This document shows, in pieces, positions 60,201 through 64,000 of a stretch of DNA of 64,000 nucleotides. Below the pieces are notes generated by a model. It saw only the letters and a program-made list of their open reading frames with translations, was not told the DNA's origin and searched no databases. The translations under genes were made by a program, and so were the position numbers. The DNA is from Amoebophrya sp. A120 (lineage: Eukaryota > Protista > Dinoflagellata). Within the stretch, counting starts at the first letter, position 1. Each line of letters starts with the position of its first letter. Location: the NCBI GenBank assembly GCA_905178155.1, contig CAJINV010000003.1:8251117-8315116 (forward strand), in the 5' to 3' direction.

Positions 60201-60984
60201 GTACAAGAATTAGGTCACGACGTGTACTAACTTGAAAGGTCAGTTGACTTAGCCTGCTTTTCCTTACATGCAGGACCATTCTATTATTTTTATTCCTGAA
60301 CAAGATGATGTTTATGTTTTCGATTCCTTTTTCTCAACAATGCAGCATGCCACCGTCGCAGGCGGGAAAGATGCAGGCCCCAAACTTTCGCCACGGCAGC
60401 GCAAGATCCAGAAGTTTCTGTATCCGAGCACGGACTCAGGTTTCCAGTTTCACTTACGTGACCTCGTTTCTTTGCTGGACTTGCCAAAGAAATCCGGGCT
60501 TAGTATCGAGTTTCCGGACTTTCGCATGCCTAACGTCAGCGAAGTAAACACGTTTCATCTTGGTGACCCGACCGCACCAGAAAAGTTGCAGGACAAGTAC
60601 ACTATTGATTTTCACATTGACATTCTCATTGACTATTGCTATTCATTGCACCTTCTTGTCACCCTGCTGGTGCTCTTTTTTCGGTACTGGCTTGGGGCGT
60701 GTGCTCGAGGAGGTCTGTCCTGTGTTTCAATGCTCTTTGACGGATGGCGGTTTACGACTTCCCCGTCTTGCGCTCGTGCCTGCTAATATGTATAAATTAC
60801 AGCGTTGCGCACAAGAAAGCTATCTTCAACATGTTCTCCAGGTATAGAAAATGGTGCATGGCCCGAAACCGCCTGAGCGCGAATTTCAGTTCTAGCGGCC
60901 GCGCCAATCCTCCGCGAACAAGAATGCAGTCGAACTCGGTCCAGCACGAGCAATGGCGGCTAAATCACACGCTAGGCTACTGAG
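57218..60984 (+). CDS. Multi-exon protein, possibly with degenerate EF-hand-like repeats
   Basis: Series of + exons joined by introners (57311, 58381, 59804) and GT-AG introns (e.g. about 57965-58152); repeats like LKGAVYK..DIRKFF..TLGELKHVVRRELKL. Several junctions unresolved. Confidence 0.5.
57311..57513. mobile_element. TIR introner, 203 bp
   Basis: tatgcaagaaaaaaactgtgtaagtgtaa / ttacactaacacaatttttttcttggata; perfect TSD ccgct. Confidence 0.92.
58381..58642. mobile_element. Family-A TIR introner, 262 bp
   Basis: TIR tatcaaatgcaaaaatgtctgggtctggaag; perfect TSD cggtc; removal gives VSPVNNNANQ. Confidence 0.95.
59804..60068. mobile_element. Family-A TIR introner, 265 bp
   Basis: TIR tatcaactgtaaaaatgtctgggtctggaaga / tcttccagaccctgacatttttacatttgata; flanks agcca/atcta; the +5 frame agrees with the next GT-AG intron. 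Confidence 0.9.
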
Positions 60985-62037
60985 GAAGGATTTTTGGATT
61001 TGTATAATCTAATGGAATGCACACGGATGAACATGAAAATGGAATACATGAGAATGAGCAGAACGATTTCAGGTCCATCGAAATATCCTGCTGCTGCATT
61101 TTGCTTTTCTTGTTTTTGCTCATCTACCATTCTACTAACTAACTTTTTTACACGAATTGAACGCAATCAATAATCCGGCTAAAAACTTCTATTTGAGGTC
61201 ATTGATTTTCGAATGTAAATGTATTGAAAGCTTTTTTAAAAAGCATGCGCATACTTCCCCTTCTTGTAAAATATAGCCGGGTCGGCATCGCACAGCGCGA
61301 GCTGATACGTGCTTCAATTGGTTGAAGCTACTCTTTGCAACAAGACGAAGAGTAGAGCTGTTATTGTACACTTCAGTTTGGTCTCAGTCTGTCGTCATGA
61401 GAGCGGCAGTGTGTACAAAAGCAATATTGGAAGGTAAAAAAAGAAAAGAAATGAGACAGACAGTGAATTCAATGGCACGGGGGGCGTGCTGTGGGCAGCT
61501 ATTTGGCTTACTGTGTTCCTTGACGCACAGCCTCGGTCTGCCCGATAAGGCATGTGTTGTCCTGTGCGTACTAGTCCGTATTTTTTTTTTCGTCTCACTC
61601 TATATTCTACAATCGCGTACTGTGATGAAACTGAAAGAACAAGAAGGATGGAAGCAACCGAGTGACCGCAAAGTTCGCATCGATCGCATTCGAGATGAGA
61701 GTTACTCAAAGTGGCGTACGTGCTTTATTGGGCTGTCGGTCGCATTGAGTCATCTCTAATATTTGACATCATTGCTCGATTAGAAATTGCATTGCTTTTC
61801 TAGTTCGCTATAGTATGCCATGGAAATTTCGTGTGTTTTTGTTCTTTCTTTTGTTTTGAGAAAAGTAGCGGAGTAGTACGTGGCATGAACTACTGGTTTC
61901 GATTTTGTTTGCTTAGTTACGTGTAAGCACTGCTCAACCCAGCGCTACCTGATTTCATGAAAACATGAGTTGCAAAATACTCACCTCCTAGTTCGTTGTT
62001 TTGGTTTCACTTTTAGCATAACCAGATCCAGTAGCTC

Positions 62038-63666
62038 ATGGAAGCTTTCGCACGCGTAGCAGTGTCGTGCCGGCTGCGGCCGGCACTGGACCCGGACCTG
62101 GCACTCGCACGGTGGGAACTGACGGACTCGAGTGTCATTTTGCCAACCCCGCAGAAAAGCATGAAAAAAGAGGATTTTGGACTTGTGCCCGCAAAAACCG
62201 CCCCCAGCCGCGGGCATGCAGCGAGCACAAACAGATCTGGACCAATTATGGAGCGTACCTACTGTTAATTTTTCTTGTTTCATGTGATGTGAATGTTGTA
62301 AATGTGTGAAATAGAAATACTATACTCATTCGTTCATAGCTTCAGTGGGAGCTGGGGTAGAAGATTTTACCTCTTTTTGGTGTCTGTGTTCCTTATTTGC
62401 AGCCTCCAAACACGATGAAGACGTGGTCAACAACATGTTATATAAAAGACGGATCCGTATTCTCCAAAACAGATGTGACGGAGACGAAAATGGACCACGT
62501 CTTCGGCGAGAAGATTAACACGAAGGATATCTACGAAACGGCGTACCGCCCGATCGTGGGCAAAGCGGTCCAAGGGCTGAACGGTTGCATATTGGCATAC
62601 GGGCAAACCTCCTCAGGAAAGACATACTCGATGGTCGGTAACGACGAGAGCAAGGGTATTATCGAACACGCGTGCGAGGACGCGTTCCGTATGCTAGAGG
62701 AATCCGGAAAGGTACCCGGCACCGGTGGAACACGCATTCGCTTCTCCTTGTGCGAGGTCTACATGGAAAAGTGCATAGACCTTCTGGCGCCGAGGACTCG
62801 ATTCGACAATTCCCTTGCTGTCAAAGAATGTATACCTATACTTACAAGTCAGATTTTCTTTGTACGTCATAATAATGATGTCTTCTGATGCGGCGCTACC
62901 GCATCATTTCACGTGCTAGCGCTTTGGCTTCGACAAGAACACCAGTGTCGTCGTTCGGTTTTCATTGTTACTCTATGACTATGTCTCTGTGCTGAAAACG
63001 CGAAAGACGAAGAGCCAATAAGCAAGCAGTCTCGTGTTTGCAGAGACACTTCGACTCTGTATTTGTTGACTACGTCTACTACTGCTTCAACTAAGTATCG
63101 ATGAGGACCATAAAACCTTCTCCTTGCTTGAACTTATTGTCGTCCCCTTTCAGGCCCTCCTCGTGGTTCGTCCGGGATGTCTGAATTTTACGTGGAGGGA
63201 CTCAGCGAGCACGATGCCTGGGAAGCGCGCGACGTTATGGAGAAAATTGCCTTTGCCGAGCGGAAGCGACGAAAGATCGCCCAAACTAAGTACAATGAGC
63301 AGAGCAGCCGAAGCCACACCGTGCTGACGCTCACAATTGAGGCGACAGACCAAGGAGAGATAAGTAGTAAGGGCACTACAAGTACATGCACAGCACTCTC
63401 GGTGGCCAACAACAAAGACAACGAGGATCTACATAGCGGCGGTGAGATAACAAAGGTCGGGAAGCTAGTGTTCGTAGATCTCGCCGGTAATGAGCGGCTG
63501 GACGAGAGCATGCAGTACCTGCAGGAGGGCAGCGCGATAAATTTGTCTCTGTTTTTCTTGAGCGAGTGCGTGAGCAAGCTCTCAGCTGCCGCTGGCATGA
63601 TAGAAGGGGGCGCATTTGCCGACGCGGACGAGGAGAGGCAACTCGGACTCAGTGCAGCCTGCGCAG
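62038..63666 (+). CDS. Kinesin motor domain (N-terminal motor), continues beyond the last resolved exon
   Basis: VSCRLRP, NGCILAYGQTSSGKTYSM (P-loop), NEQSSRSHTV, VDLAGNER, INLSLFFL; GT-AG intron 62830-63153. Confidence 0.95.
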
Positions 63667-64000
63667 GTACCTAAGTAATTTCAATTTGACACCTTATGGG
63701 GCTTACAATTAGAATCTTCTGTGGACGAAGCAGATCGCGGTCGTGCAAGTGTATTGATTTCAGGCTGGAGGTTCGAAAGTGGCCGATGCCGAGCGCAGGT
63801 ATCTTTTCCATGCATCAAGAATAGATCGACGTCAGTCGATGGATGCAATTCTGTATATTTCATAACAGATTTTTCTGAGCAGCTTCAGCGGTACAAGATA
63901 AAGCAAAAAAAGAAGAACGATGCCTCTTCAAACAGATGCAGCCTCGAGTCGCTACATCCCGTACCGAGATTCGAAATTGACCCGCATTCTTGCTGTGCAC

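Noticed and set aside
1-64000. Autonomous DNA transposase, tRNA/rRNA genes, dinoflagellate spliced-leader relics
   Set aside because: None recognisable by eye; absence was not verified computationally.

Overview
Eukaryotic nuclear DNA, most likely from an alveolate: the all-plus-strand gene order and the many non-canonical introns bounded by inverted and direct repeats resemble the syndinian dinoflagellate Amoebophrya (inference, not confirmed). There are about 13 host genes, all on +. Recognisable ones are a phospholipase B-like Ntn hydrolase, a phytochelatin synthase-like protein, NKAP, a kinesin, and VPS9, RING and PAN domain proteins. About 19 MITE-like introner elements interrupt them, nearly all with TAT...ATA terminal inverted repeats (TIRs) and a 5-bp target duplication (TSD). 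Removing TIR-to-TIR plus 5 nt restores the reading frame, and conserved motifs where these exist. The rule holds in either element orientation and even where the duplication has decayed. One such introner, in the phytochelatin synthase gene, has grown to about 15.7 kb by capturing two different full-length non-LTR retrotransposons (RTE-like and RNase H-bearing) about 50 bp apart. A second oddity is a 3.2-kb mosaic of roughly 1-kb foreign segments separated by 44-61 bp copies of local host sequence, inside a VPS9 gene. All junctions were worked out by hand; no RNA data or database searches were available.
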